A DNA stretch of 64,000 nt, taken from positions 44,702,001 through 44,766,000 of the forward strand of contig OZ024749.1 of NCBI GenBank assembly GCA_964016885.1, given 5' to 3'. Origin of the DNA: Eledone cirrhosa (Eukaryota). The position numbers were made by a program, and so were the translations under genes. The notes beneath the pieces are model-generated. The model had not been told where the DNA came from, did no database searches, and saw nothing but the letters and a program-made list of their open reading frames with translations. Shown here piece after piece: positions 1 to 13,451 of the stretch (position 1 is its first letter; each line of letters starts with the position of its first letter).

Positions 1-47
<47 letters not shown>

Positions 48-247
48 CCGTTACAATAATAAAAAGGTCGCCTGCCCATTAAAAAATATAACATATACAA
101 ATAAAAGCTACAAACATACAACACTACCATTTCTCATATTACACACCCAGTAATAATAACTATCACAATGAATCACCTGAAAAGCTATGGGCTGTCTTCA
201 CTTCACATGTTTCTTATTCTAAACTGTTTGTGTGTTTTTATTACTAT

Positions 248-437
248 GGTGGATTGTCAGTATCGGTAGAGGGTCGGACGCCATCTTTTGCAGCATAGAG
301 TTACGGTCCTTTATGATCTGAGTTCAAATCCCGCCGAGGTTAACTTTGCTTTTCATCCTTACAGGGTCGATAAAATAAAGTACCAGTAATACACTGCGAT
401 AATTGTTGGCCTTGTGCCAAAAGTATAAACAATTATT
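248..437 (+). mobile_element. tRNA-derived SINE, family S1
   Basis: A-box-like TGTCAGTATCGG, B-box GAGTTCAAATCCC, central GAGGTTAACTTTGCYTTTCATCCTTACGGGGTCGATAAAATAAAGTACCAG block and (ATT)n tail; about 15 similar copies in the window. The central block resembles the Meta/MESC SINE core (from memory, not searched). Confidence 0.9.
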
Positions 438-443
438 ACTATG

Positions 444-590
444 CGGTGGATTGCCAGTATCGGTAGAGGGTCGGACGCCATGCTTTGACGCATAGAGTTA
501 CGGCCCTTGCCATTCTGAGTTAAAATCCCGCCGAGGTTAACTTTGCTTTTCATCCTTATGGGATCGATAAAATAAAGTACCAGTAATACA
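444..590 (+). mobile_element. SINE S1, 3'-truncated tandem copy
   Basis: Direct repeat of 248-392. Confidence 0.9.
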
Positions 591-784
591 TATATACATG
601 ATCCTGTGATGTATATGTTTCGAGGTGTCATCATACGTACATTAATACACACACACACACACGACACACACAACCACCGACACACAGGCACACACACACA
701 CACACACATACATATAGGTATATATACATATATATATATATATGTATACATAAATATATATATATACATATATATATATATGTC

Positions 785-819
<35 letters not shown>

Positions 820-898
820 GTATATAAATATATATACATATATAAATACACATATATACTGTATATGTATGCATATATATGAATATATATATATATGC

Positions 899-938
<40 letters not shown>

Positions 939-1054
939 GTGTGTATGTATATACCTATACGTAAATATATATATATATATATATATATCATTGTCATTTT
1001 TAGTAGTTGTAATAGTAATAGTAGTAATAGCAGTACCAGCATTAGTAGTAGTCT

Positions 1055-1102
<48 letters not shown>

Positions 1103-1134
1103 AAATTTGATTTCTAACACTCTCCATCTCATCC

Positions 1135-1183
<49 letters not shown>

Positions 1184-1670
1184 CAAAACATGTCTTACTT
1201 CCTCACTTCATATCCTCCCCCTGTTAGTCTTAAAGAAATGCTGATATGTTTTATAACCTGATTGTTTGTTCTAGATGTTTCTGTCGTTGTTGTTATTGTT
1301 TTATATTTATGTATCCTAGGTCTGATATACGTGTAATTCTCTTTTTACCACCGACAATCGCCGCCTTTCTTGACAGCCATCTTAAATTCAATCGCCTGTA
1401 GCTGTATATTAGTTTTTTATGTGTTTACGCTGGGTGTCATTTTCTGTATGCATGTGTATACCTGTGTGTATATGTATATGTGTGTGTATATATATGTGTA
1501 TATGTGTATATGTGTATATGTGTGTGTAATCGTGCTTGTTGTGGCTTCTATTTTTTCCCGCTTTTACTCATAATCGTGGCCCCAGTTTTTTTTTATTTTA
1601 TATGATTTTCATATTCTTCGTACCACCTGATGTATGCACCATTTTCTATATACCCTACAAGTTTCTCTAG

Positions 1671-1735
<65 letters not shown>

Positions 1736-1745
1736 ATATATATAT

Positions 1746-1858
1746 TGCCAGAGACAGTTCTGTAGAGGCGAGACACGGTCTCCCGACTAATCTCGCCTCA
1801 AGAGGGACAAATCCATCCAACCCATGCTAGCGTGGAAGATGGACGTTAAACGATGATG

Positions 1859-1860
<2 letters not shown>
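1746..1860 (+). mobile_element. 3' tail of a LINE/SINE ending in (GAT)n
   Basis: Unique GC-richer insert in (TA)n ending CCATGCTAGCGTGGAAGATGGACGTTAAACGATGATGAT; RTE-type tail by recall. Confidence 0.45.
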
Positions 1861-1909
<49 letters not shown>

Positions 1910-2162
1910 GATACATATATAATATGTATATATATATATATGACAGTTGAAAATTGCAAACTTGACTGTCACCACACAATATGAACCTGAAGATTGCGAA
2001 AGCATGAAAGTACTTGTTCAATTAACATTTAACATTTAATATTCTACCATACTATTTCATTCTAATACCATTATAAATTTTAAAGGATTGTAAATAAAAC
2101 GAGTAAATCAGATAAAGTTGGAATTCCTTTTATTAATAAAATCTTTTATACAACCGTGTATA

Positions 2163-2221
<59 letters not shown>

Positions 2222-2227
<6 letters not shown>

Positions 2228-2554
2228 GATATTAAATAAATGGAAACTATATTTATAAAACCATATTTATTTCATTATACATATTTCAGGGATACCAAAT
2301 TAAGATATGGTATGCCTTCATGAGACAAAATACAATATATAAACAGTTTTATAAATAATTTTGACGTACCCTATTAGATGCAACCATTATTTTTGGAAGC
2401 TGTCTGGATAGTCAAAATTATTTATAAAACTGTTTATATATTGTATATTGTCTGATGAAGGCATACCATATCTTAATTTGGTATCCCTGAAATATGTATA
2501 ATGAAATAAATATAGTTTTATAAATATAGTTTCTATTTATTTAATATCGTATAT
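2222..2554. mobile_element. Fold-back element, hammerhead family A (Penelope-type terminal repeat)
   Basis: Arms 2222-2365 and 2411-2554 are near-perfect reverse complements; other copies at 14089-14221 and 62745-62916; abuts (TA)n. Confidence 0.8.
2444..2508 (+). ncRNA. Type I hammerhead ribozyme motif (family A)
   Basis: CTGATGA 2452-2458, stem II AGG..TACCA/TGGTA..CCT, GAAA 2489-2492, self-complementary stem III ATATGTAT, predicted cleavage after 2500. Confidence 0.75.
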
Positions 2555-2639
2555 CTACTCCAAAAACTTGTCGAGTGCTTTATATCAGTTATAAAATATT
2601 TACTTGTTGTATCCCAACAATTTTAAATAGAACTTTTGC

Positions 2640-2784
<145 letters not shown>

Positions 2785-3029
2785 AAGAGAGGGAGAGAGA
2801 TCGAATGATTATGATACAAAATATCTTTTTGACAGAATTTCGAAATGAAATTTGGAATCTATCCTCAGAAGATGGAAATAAAATTAAGACCGATATTCTG
2901 GAAATACTAAAATAAAAATATGTTTATTAAAATTCATAATCAGAATTGTTTTGGTCCCAAAAAGCCTAACAGAGTGTTTCGACTGTTAAGAAAGGCATTT
3001 TGTAAATATATGTGTGTATACAAGTATGT

Positions 3030-3390
3030 TTCTCTTTCTCTTAATTTCGACTACATTTTTGACTGGCCACCTTCCTGGTGGCAAGGTTGTAAAAGAAAAG
3101 AAATTGTCATCCCTTGAATCGCAAGAATGTTTTCGCAGCCATTTGTAGTCTATGAATTAGGGGGCTCCTTTCTTTATCCACAAATCCAATTTCAGTTATA
3201 CTCTGGTCCAAGCGGACTGGTATATAACCTGTAGTTCCAATAATGATGCTTATGAAGCTGAAGGTGTATCTTGGATACTGGGTCTGCAAACTTTTCATCA
3301 ATGGTCTGTAGATGTCCTCCTTTTCCAGTATTTTTCTTACAACGTTGACATCAATTGGGCAGCTGATCTCTACAACAGAGCACGTTTTCA
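3030..3390 (-). mobile_element. 3' fragment of an RLE-type non-LTR retrotransposon (R4/Hero-like)
   Basis: Minus strand encodes VVEISCPIDVNV..EKEDIYRPL..IIIGTTGYIP, matching the C-terminal half of a restriction-like endonuclease; stop at 3107; 5' end runs into (ATGT)n. Confidence 0.7.
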
Positions 3391-3753
3391 ATGTATGTAT
3401 GTATGTATGTATGTATGTATGTATGCATGTATGTATGTATGTATGTATGTATGTATGTATGCATGTGTATGAATATGCGCGAGGATATAGAAATAATTGG
3501 GCTGGATACCCGATCGCGCGGTTAAACCACTGAGATTGAAGGACCCCTAGCCTTTGTCTTGGCATTCTTCTAGTAGAAGGCAATTTGGATAACCTGCGGC
3601 TCAGTAGTTACCGATGATGTTGATCTTTTCTTCTTTTCGGGTTATAACAACTGTCGCTCAGAGAGTGGGATTGGCTCAGTGCACAGTCTTTCCTCACTTT
3701 AAAAAAAATCTTCACGCAGACGCATTGCACGATGGAATTAATTAATTATTAAT

Positions 3754-3860
3754 AATCCCGCTGAGGTTAACTTTGCCTTTCATCCTTACGGGGTCGATAA
3801 AATAAAGTACCATTAATGTACTGGGTAATTGCTGGCCTTATGCCTAAAGTAGAAACAAAT
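3754..3860 (+). mobile_element. SINE S1, 5'-truncated
   Basis: Matches S1 core and tail. Confidence 0.85.
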
Positions 3861-4131
3861 AATTAATTATTAATAATGTTATATCGTGCAGCTGCCATAC
3901 TCGATATCGAGGGGCAGTCATCATGTATGTATGTATGTATGTATGTATATATGCATGTAGGTATTATGAATTTTTCTATGTAGTTAATTTAAATTCTAAA
4001 AATTCACCAGCCCCATTTCATATTTCAAAATGGTGTTATTGAAACATGTTTCGTTTTCGATATATGCCCTTCTTTATAAACTACGCATACATAATATTCT
4101 TTCTCATTCATCTGATCGCTGTTTGTTGGCC

Positions 4132-4147
4132 CTGCTGCTGCTGCTGC

Positions 4148-4182
<35 letters not shown>

Positions 4183-4632
4183 TTCTTCTTCTTCTTCTTC
4201 TTCTTCTTCTTCTTCTTCTTCTTCTTCTTCTTCTTCTTCTTCTTCTTCTTCTTCTTCTTCTTCTTCTTCTTCTATCTACCTGCTCCTCCTCCTCTCTTTC
4301 CTCTTCTTCTTCCTCCTCTTCTTCTTCTTCTTCCGCGTCTTCTTTTTCTTCTACTGCTTCTTCTTTTTCTTCTACTGCTTCTTCTTCTTCTTCTTCTTCT
4401 TCTTCTTCTTCTTCTTCTTCTTCTTCTTCTTCTTCTTTTTCTTCTTCTTCTTCTTCTTCTTCTTCTTCTTCTTCTTCTTCTTCTTCTTCTTCTCCTCCTC
4501 CTTCTTCTCCTCCTCCTCCTCCTCCTCCTCCTCCTCCTCACCCCCTCTTCTTCTTCTTCTTCTTCTTCTTCTTCTTCTTCTTCTTCTTCTTCTTCTTCTT
4601 CTTCTTCTTCTTCTTCTTCTTCTTCTTCTTCT
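4132..4632. repeat. Compound trinucleotide repeat CTG/TTG/TTC/CTC
   Basis: Direct reading. Confidence 0.98.
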
Positions 4633-4924
4633 CCCCCCTTCCCCTCTCTCACTCTCTTGTTACTCTTTCTTACTCTTTCTTACAATCTGCACCTTTCTCT
4701 CACTATATATCAATACTTCACAGTTTCTCCTTAACTACATGCAGACTATTGGCGGACATCTGTTTTCATCGATAGAGATGTGTACTTTCATATACACATT
4801 CACACACAAGCTTATACACACATATATATGAATGTATATATACATACATATATATGTGTGTATGTATGTGTTTTGAAATATATATATATAAAAGCAGTCT
4901 TATATGTACACCCCCCCACACACA

Positions 4925-4931
4925 TATATGC

Positions 4932-4975
<44 letters not shown>

Positions 4976-4990
4976 ATATATGTATTCATG

Positions 4991-5056
<66 letters not shown>

Positions 5057-5089
5057 TGTATATATATGTATGTATATAAATATATATAA

Positions 5090-5181
<92 letters not shown>

Positions 5182-5305
5182 ATATATATATATATATATA
5201 TGTGTATATATATATTTATATATATACATATATATATATATATATTTATATATATACATATATATATATATTTATATATATACATACATATATATATTTA
5301 TATAT

Positions 5306-5360
<55 letters not shown>
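4925..5360. repeat. Long imperfect (TA)n tract, representative of dozens in the window
   Basis: Direct reading. Confidence 0.98.
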
Positions 5361-5365
<5 letters not shown>

Positions 5366-5823
5366 TCTCTAAATCGTTGTTTATATACTTTTTTCTCTTT
5401 CACCGTGATGAAGAGTCCAATAAATACATTTTTAAATTACTTGCGAAGCATGTTTCCTTACTATATTCTAAATAGTAAATAGACATCATATAAATTGCTC
5501 TTGGCACCAAATTGCTTTCAGCTACAGTAAAAATATTATTTCACACAAAAGATGGATTTTATTGCATAAGGAATAAGTTCTTAAACATAATTTGATGAGA
5601 ATTGTCCGAAAGAAGTATATAACTATTTGAATAATTAAATGTATAAACTTAATAAATATGAATAAAGGTAAATTTTATTATAGTTATTTTGTATAAATCA
5701 AGAAATAAAATACAATAATATTTGCAAGATTCCGAAAGCATATGGATAAAAAAACTACTAGTAAGCAATATATGCTTATATATATATATAGGTTTGTGTT
5801 TGTGTGTGTGTGCCTGTTTGTGT

Positions 5824-5882
<59 letters not shown>

Positions 5883-5985
5883 TATAAAGTGCTGTGATAT
5901 ACACACATACGATAAAATCTGTATACGGTGGTGACTACAAAACTTTTTTCGCATTAACTATCTTCTAGACGCAAACACATATATG

Positions 5986-6051
<66 letters not shown>

Positions 6052-6091
6052 ATATATAATACATATATAAGTGTGTGTGTGTATATATATA

Positions 6092-6142
<51 letters not shown>

Positions 6143-6667
6143 GTATATATTTACACATTTATGCATGCTTTTATACATACTTACACACATACACCCACCC
6201 ACACTCCTCTCTCAAACACTCATATTTATATATACTTACGTATGTATATACTTATGTGTCAGTATATGTGTTTGTATCTGTCTCTCATATATTTCTTCGA
6301 CAATTTCACAATTTGTCCTTTTATATGCAGATTCCATCTTTAGTATTTCACTAATTCCAATCATTTTACATTAGCCAGGTCTGAGGAACGCCTCCAGCAT
6401 GTTCAATATATGAGCGGCATCTATTTTCTCGACATTAGAAGGATAAAAATCCGTTTCTTAAGGGAATCTGTTGTTGTCAGTAGTCCGGTTTAACACCATC
6501 GCCTGATCCTTGCATTTCATTAATGGTGAACTGGAGCCTTTTAAGGGCTTCAAGGAGAATGTGTTGCTGTGTGAACTACTGCCCTCTGCCACATGAGTTT
6601 CATCTCTGCTCTGACCAAGTATAATTTCCTCTTAAGGGCAGCAAAGATTTTACCAGGCAAAAGTTTT

Positions 6668-6704
<37 letters not shown>

Positions 6705-6733
6705 CCCACTCTCCCTCTCTCTCTCTCTCTCTC

Positions 6734-6789
<56 letters not shown>

Positions 6790-6795
<6 letters not shown>

Positions 6796-6918
6796 AAAAT
6801 TGAACAGGAACAAAACAGAGAGGCAGTACGAAAAAAGGTTTATTAATTTCACGCTCTTGAGAGTGGGGTGGTGGTGGGGAACGACATTTCGGGCATAAGC
6901 CCTTCTTCAGGTGAAAAG
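6790..6918 (-). mobile_element. Hammerhead family B element end
   Basis: Minus strand CTGAAGAAGGGCTTATGCCCGAAATGTC (6883-6910); ends in (TA)n; second partial copy at 13978-14060. Confidence 0.75.
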
Positions 6919-7120
6919 TGTGTGGGAAGAGAGTTCAAAGGGTGTGTGTGTAGGGGAGTGGTGGAGAGACATATAGCAAAAAGGGGGTGAGAGGAAACGG
7001 TGCAAATGAAATAAAAAATAAAGGCATGATCAAAATAAAATTAAAATGGGGTAAAACAGGTGGTGGAAGGGTACATATATATATGTATATATTTGTCTCT
7101 GTATCCCGGGTTTAATAGGC

Positions 7121-7160
7121 TTTCCTGATGATTACCTTGGAATGAAACAATTGTAGTCCT
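7121..7160 (+). ncRNA. Hammerhead-like motif (family C)
   Basis: CTGATGA 7125-7131, short imperfect stem II, GAAA 7144-7147, palindromic ACAATTGT then A; homologous to 32176-32212. Confidence 0.5.
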
Positions 7161-7855
7161 GTAGAAAACATTTCTGTATTAAAAATGTATATATATATAT
7201 ATATTCATATATTTGCGTGTTTGTGTGTATACATTTAGGAGGGTGATGTAATAAATCAGGTATGGTCAAATCTGAAGAGAGATAGACACCACGAGGTATA
7301 AAGTCCTTAAAATAAATACGCCATGTATCACATAGGCGCCCCTTGAAATCCATTACGTTTTATGGTATCTACGATATGTTGCAAGCGAAGACACTACATA
7401 ACGTCTTGCTCTGATACTTAACACTGCTCATAATTCTATAGTCTTGTGACTATATTTAATGCAGTTCTATCATGTACAATCATATATAGTCAATATATAA
7501 TTAGATGAATTATGTAAAAATATTTTTCTGTTTGTTTTACATAATTCGTGCTTTTTAAAATATTTATTTTGATATATTGCAATTAAAATTTATATAATTA
7601 TTACACTTCGTTAATTTCAAATTGCGATTTCCAATTCATTTTAATTATTGTATTTAAATTTGTCTTCTAATTATATAAATTGCATATCAAAATAGTGAAG
7701 ATCATTAGAGTATTTGTATGTCAACTATTGATGCCTGTAATCTCTCTTGAAGTAAACTTCCTTGCTAAAGCTTACCGTTGATTTGACATGATATTACTTT
7801 GGTTAAACTGAACAAATACTAAACACGAACAAACATTCATACACACACTCATGTA

Positions 7856-7907
<52 letters not shown>

Positions 7908-8084
7908 TATATACAGAGAGAGAGGGGGGAGGGAGAGAAGGAGGGTGGAGAGATAGATATGTGTATATATGTTTGTTTTTGCGTGTGTGCGTGTTATTTT
8001 TGTTTGTATATATATATAAATGTATATATGTATATTTATATATATATATATGTACTTATATATATTTATACTGTATATGTATAA

Positions 8085-8250
8085 TGGTTAGAGCGTGGAA
8101 CTTGCAATCATGAGGTTGTGTGTTCGATTCCCCGACCGGATGATGTGTTGTGTTCTTGAGCAAGACACTTTATTTCGCGTGGCTCCATTTTACTCACCTC
8201 TGGTACCCAGTTGCATCGGCCGCTGTATTTCCTTTGGAAAACATTGGTGT
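8085..8250 (+). mobile_element. tRNA-derived CORE-like SINE, family S2
   Basis: TGGTTAGAGCG A-box, GTTCGATTCC B-box, then TCTTGAGCAAGACACTTTATTTC CORE-like block. Confidence 0.7.
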
Positions 8251-8563
8251 CCAGAGTATCTATCACATATATAGCAGGAGTCGTTCATATAACTGAAATT
8301 TGCTTTGTGATGAATTAATAGGATTCATAAGAGAAACCCTATAGTTTTATGTTGATTATTGACACATGGAAAGAAATAGAGTTATAAAGGTAATCATTTC
8401 TGCCTAGGATATGTATACAAAAAGTGACATAGAGAATTCATGTATGAGTAACATAACTAGTTAGAGACCAGGATCTTGTGGTTGGAAAGTGAACTTTATA
8501 ACGTCGCAGAATGACTGAAATAAGAAACAAAACGTGATATATATAAATTTAAAGATTTGCATG

Positions 8564-8598
<35 letters not shown>

Positions 8599-8647
8599 GT
8601 ATATATGTATATATTTATACATATATATGTATATATGGATACATATA

Positions 8648-8684
<37 letters not shown>

Positions 8685-8786
8685 GTAGAGCTGAGTGTCG
8701 TGTATATGTATTATGTATGTCTCCTACACACCTCCTTATAGTTTCTTAGCTTTACTCTCTCCGTCGCTGTTCCCTCCCTCTATAAT

Positions 8787-9407
8787 AGATCATTCCCCCT
8801 CTCTATAATTTAACTGCTTTACTCTCTGGCTCTCTTCACTCTCTATATGACAACACTCTTTTTCTTTCCGTATCTACCTTCAATATATCAATATATACCC
8901 AGGTTCTGCTGCACGTCGGGCTGAGGAGGCCAAACTCCTCAAATACCGGTCGCTCTCCGACAGGTTTGCGGTTTTACCCCTGGAGATGGAGACTTCTGGC
9001 GTCCTCGGCCCCAGGGCTACCTTCTTACTCACGACCATAGGCGCTCAGCTGGCCAGCCGCAGGTGTGAGCCCCGTGAGTCGTAGTGTATTTTACAGCGCG
9101 TCTACCTGGCCGTCATCTTGGAAAACGCCTTCTCCATCCTGTCCGCCGGGGCTGCGGGTGTGCCCCATCGCGTACCGTTGTAGTTGTTGTATACAGATAT
9201 TAACTCATCAATTCCATTATTTATATCATATCTCAACATAGAGATGAGCGTCGTGTGTATGTTTATTTCAAAAGGATAACCTCCTTCAAATTCGGTCAAC
9301 ACACAAGCAGTTAAACATACATCAAAAGGCAACCCTCTTAGAGAGACAGAGAGTGAAGGAGACAGATTAGGAAAACTACACACATACACACATCTAAAGA
9401 GAGGGAG

Positions 9408-9472
<65 letters not shown>

Positions 9473-9915
9473 ACAGAGGGACGGTCAAGCAGGTAATACA
9501 TACATCTAAAATCATTTGGATACAAATATCATAATATAATGGTTGCAGAACGAAAATATAGACAAATATAATAATGTATGTATCCCACTTTTTCTGTTGT
9601 CGCTCGCATAAGTAACACACACACACACGCACACACACAAATACACATACTTTCACACCTGATTTCGCCATTTGCCGGATAACATCAAAACAAAACACAC
9701 AGACACACACATGCACATACACACATACACAAACACACATACACAAACACACACACACACACACACATATCTATACTTTATATGTATGTATGTATTTATG
9801 TATGTATGTAAGATCATTCCCCTTCTCTATAATTTAACTGCTTTACTCTCTCTGTCGCTCCTCACTCTCTATATGACAACACAGTTTTAGTTTCCGTATC
9901 TCCCTTCAATATATA
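8787..9915 (+). repeat. About 105 bp direct repeat pair (8787-8890 and 9811-9915)
   Basis: AGATCATTCCCC..CTATAATTTAACTGCTTTACTCTCT..TTCCGTATCT..CTTCAATATAT occurs twice. Confidence 0.85.
8899..9183 (+). pseudogene. C-terminus of CRE-like non-LTR retrotransposon RLE domain
   Basis: Hand translation PGSAARRAEEAKLLKYRSL..LPLEMETSGVLGPRA..EPRES*CILQRVYLAVILENAFSIL; internal TAG at 9082; absent from the ORF track. Confidence 0.75.
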
Positions 9916-10046
9916 CACATAAATGCAGAGAGAGAGAGAGAGAGTCGGAAGGACACTGTGACTCGGGAGGGTGTGTGTGGTATCTTCTGCAGTGGAGTGG
10001 TGGGGGCAGGTATACCTAGCCGGACGCCAGCCGGACAGGCCAGCTA

Positions 10047-10104
<58 letters not shown>

Positions 10105-10697
10105 TGTTATTATGGTTTTCTATTTTTCTATTATGGTTTTCTTGTTTCTTACATTTACCTTGTCGTTATTCACTAAGAAAGGTTTATTTTACTTATTTAA
10201 TTATTTATTATTATTATTTTGTTTAATTTAAGATTCCCACACGTTTCATCGTTTCTCACGTTGAAAAACTAGATACGCACTAATGTAATCTTCACATAGA
10301 GCTGAAGCGACAAGGTGGGGGTGGGATAGACGGGGGTCATTGCTGGTTTCAGGATGGGGTTTCAACAAATAAATAAATAAATAATAAACAAAAGATGTAT
10401 GCAAGAGAGACGTGTCTCTTTTGTGCGTTGCTGCGTATATATTTATGTGTGTGTATATGCATGTGTAGTTCGTGTTTAATTACATATATGCTTGTATGCA
10501 TGTATGCATGTATACACGTATGTATACACGTATATATGCATGTATACACGTATGCATGTATAAATGTATGTGTGTTTGTATATCTGTCTGTACATATCTG
10601 TGTGCATATATGTATGTTTGTATGTATGTAAGCATGTATGTATGTATATATTTTTTGCATGTATATATGCAATCATTCTTTTATGTATGTATATATG

Positions 10698-10754
<57 letters not shown>

Positions 10755-12180
10755 GTGTATGTGTGTGTGTATGTATGTATCTATGTATGCCTGGTTCCTG
10801 TTACGATATATTTTGTATGTAATTTTCCGTTGATTTTTTGTTGTTTTCATTGTTGAATTCGATTTCATTTTTTCTCACAGTCTACCAGAGTTTTATTAGA
10901 AAAATACAACAACGTGTGAACACATTGCTGTCTGTTTTGTTACATTATATGCAGATAATGATGATGTAGACGATGACGATGATGTTAGATAATATCAGGC
11001 ATACCTCAATGACGTTAATTGTTGAATAGGCAAGATGTGGTCGGTTGTAATGTTTTTTTTTTATAGATATATAGTCATAGCTTTCTATAAATATATATAA
11101 CAGATTTATCGTGCAAAACGTAAAACAATCTGCAAAATTTATTTTTTATACTACCGCCAATGTACGTATTGTATTTTTTTTTTTTGCGGTTAGATTTCCT
11201 GGAATAGCAAAGTCGATGGAACGATAGATAGAAAGTCTTGTAGACTTTTGTCATATGTCTTTCTCTTCGTTCAGAGTTAAAATCTTGACGAGCTTATCTT
11301 TGGCTTTAATCCAAAATGAAGGAACGGTTAAATACTAAAATCGATACATCTCACAATTTGTTGAGTCGAAGAAAATGATTTATTGTCGTTGATGTTACAT
11401 TTTATTGTTTTCTAAGTACATATCATGCAAAGTTTCGCTTTTTTCCCTCTCCCAGGTCCCGCAAAATAAACTTTTATTTAAGTACTGAGATCAGTAATTA
11501 ACGCTACATTAAAAGACTCCTTAGGGTTTCGGGCTCAAGGTTATACCATTGTGGATTCGATTCTAGGCAGAGGTGGTGAGTTGGGTTCTGCAGCAAAATA
11601 TTTCATTTTACGTTGTTCATTCTGCTAAGATTTACAACCGACCGATAGTAACAGCAATCGAAAGAACAATGGAATTACTGTTTGCTTGGCCTGCTGTGAC
11701 AATAGGCTAAACATAATGTGTATTGGAAGCTTTATTACAAATGAATTGTGGTGAAGTGTTAGTGGTGGTTGACCGACAAATAACATAAGTTGCGGTACGT
11801 GGATTCTCACATTTACGCCTTGAGTTCAAAATACACCAGAGAATAAAAAAGAAATGTTAAATGAAACAAATTAGAAAATATTAACAAACGCACACACGAG
11901 AGGTATTTTTAAAATATTTCTATAGGCGTTGGTCCTTAGACTGTAGTTATGTCGGGGCATCGCCTTTAAAGAGTGTAGAAATCACACCGACCTCGGTATA
12001 GGTTTCCAAGGTTGTACCTTTTCCTATCTATCTCTCATTGACGTGGGTATAAGCAATCAGTGGTAATACACTTCCAGGCACAAACCAACACACAATCACA
12101 CACAAATGCGCAGACACACACACACACTCATACACAAAGCCACGCACACACAATCACACGCACACACACACACGCACACG

Positions 12181-12253
<73 letters not shown>

Positions 12254-12630
12254 ATATATTTAACGGATACTGTGATAAAATATATGCGAAGTTGTAACAA
12301 CTCAGCCAATTCGCTGCTTCTCCTCAGCGTCGTCAAAATTTATATTTCACTGCTTCCCCCTTAAAATATAATTAGGGATCAAATATTTACCGGATACTCT
12401 GTCACAAAAATCATTTTGTGGGTAGGTTTTCTTACTAAGCCAACTGGAACACTCGTCTCAATCGACGTGAGATATATCATAAATATATGATGACCTTTAT
12501 TTTGTATAGCCACACACAAACTCATAAATACTGTGAGACAGACATAAAATGATGTATGTTTATTTTTATCTCTTTGTGGGTTCAGTGATACATACATACA
12601 TGTATATATATATATATATAAACACACACT

Positions 12631-12716
<86 letters not shown>

Positions 12717-12729
12717 AATATATACATAC

Positions 12730-13115
12730 ATTGTTATACTTTGGGAGGGTCATTTTGCCAATAAGAAACACACGCACCAGTTGTTTCACTTCAATTTATT
12801 ATAAACAAGATGGCGTAGGACAGAACAAAGGAGAGGCACAAAAACAAAGAAAAGAATCCCCAGTCACTGAAGAGGTCACAGAATGTGTGACGAAAGAACT
12901 TTGACAATATACAAACAATCATCTGGTTGTGGAACCAACCAACCAACCGGAAATTTATAAATTCCTAAATTTATAAATTTATTATAATAAATTGAAGTGA
13001 AAGTAACTGGTGCGTGTGTTTCTTATTGGCAACATGACCCTCCCAAAGTATAACAATATCGGTTTCAACACACCTTTTCAGATAAAGAATCTTGCTAAAC
13101 AAATTCAGAAACGAT
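12730..13115 (+). mobile_element. Solo Penelope 3' terminal repeat (family D) with inverted 5' segment
   Basis: 12803-13115 matches 50272-50590; 12730-12800 is the reverse complement of about 12985-13056; (TA)n on both sides. Confidence 0.9.
12863..12905 (+). ncRNA. Minimal type I hammerhead (family D)
   Basis: GTCA-CTGAAGA-G-GTCAC(AGAATGT)GTGAC-GAAA-GAAC-TT-TGAC; stem I GTCA/TGAC. Confidence 0.7.
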
Positions 13116-13173
13116 ATATACATACACATATATATATATATATTTACATGTGTCTCTATATACACACATGTAA

Positions 13174-13218
<45 letters not shown>

Positions 13219-13221
<3 letters not shown>

Positions 13222-13414
13222 CGGAGGAAATGTGGTAACGAACCAGGTGGACCATAACGCACCAAAGTACTCAATACTTAGGGTAGTAGAGTAGGTAATA
13301 GGAACGAGTAGGACCCCGACGGCTGAGCTCAAGCCGCTTCGACGGCTAATTCTGGATTAGTCCAGAATTAGCCGTCAAAACGGCTTGAGCTCAGCCGTCG
13401 GGGTCCTACTCGTT

Positions 13415-13419
<5 letters not shown>
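13219..13419. mobile_element. Fold-back element, hammerhead family E
   Basis: 59 bp arms 13298-13356 and 13361-13419 with 4 nt loop; (TA)n both sides; five more pieces in the window. Confidence 0.85.

Positions 13420-13451
<32 letters not shown>

Noticed and set aside
248-335. tRNA genes at SINE heads
   Set aside because: A and B boxes are present but there is no intact cloverleaf, and each continues into the SINE body.
6375-6665. Unique GC-richer block as exon or transposase
   Set aside because: Stops in the frames tried, no recognisable motif and no paired splice sites.
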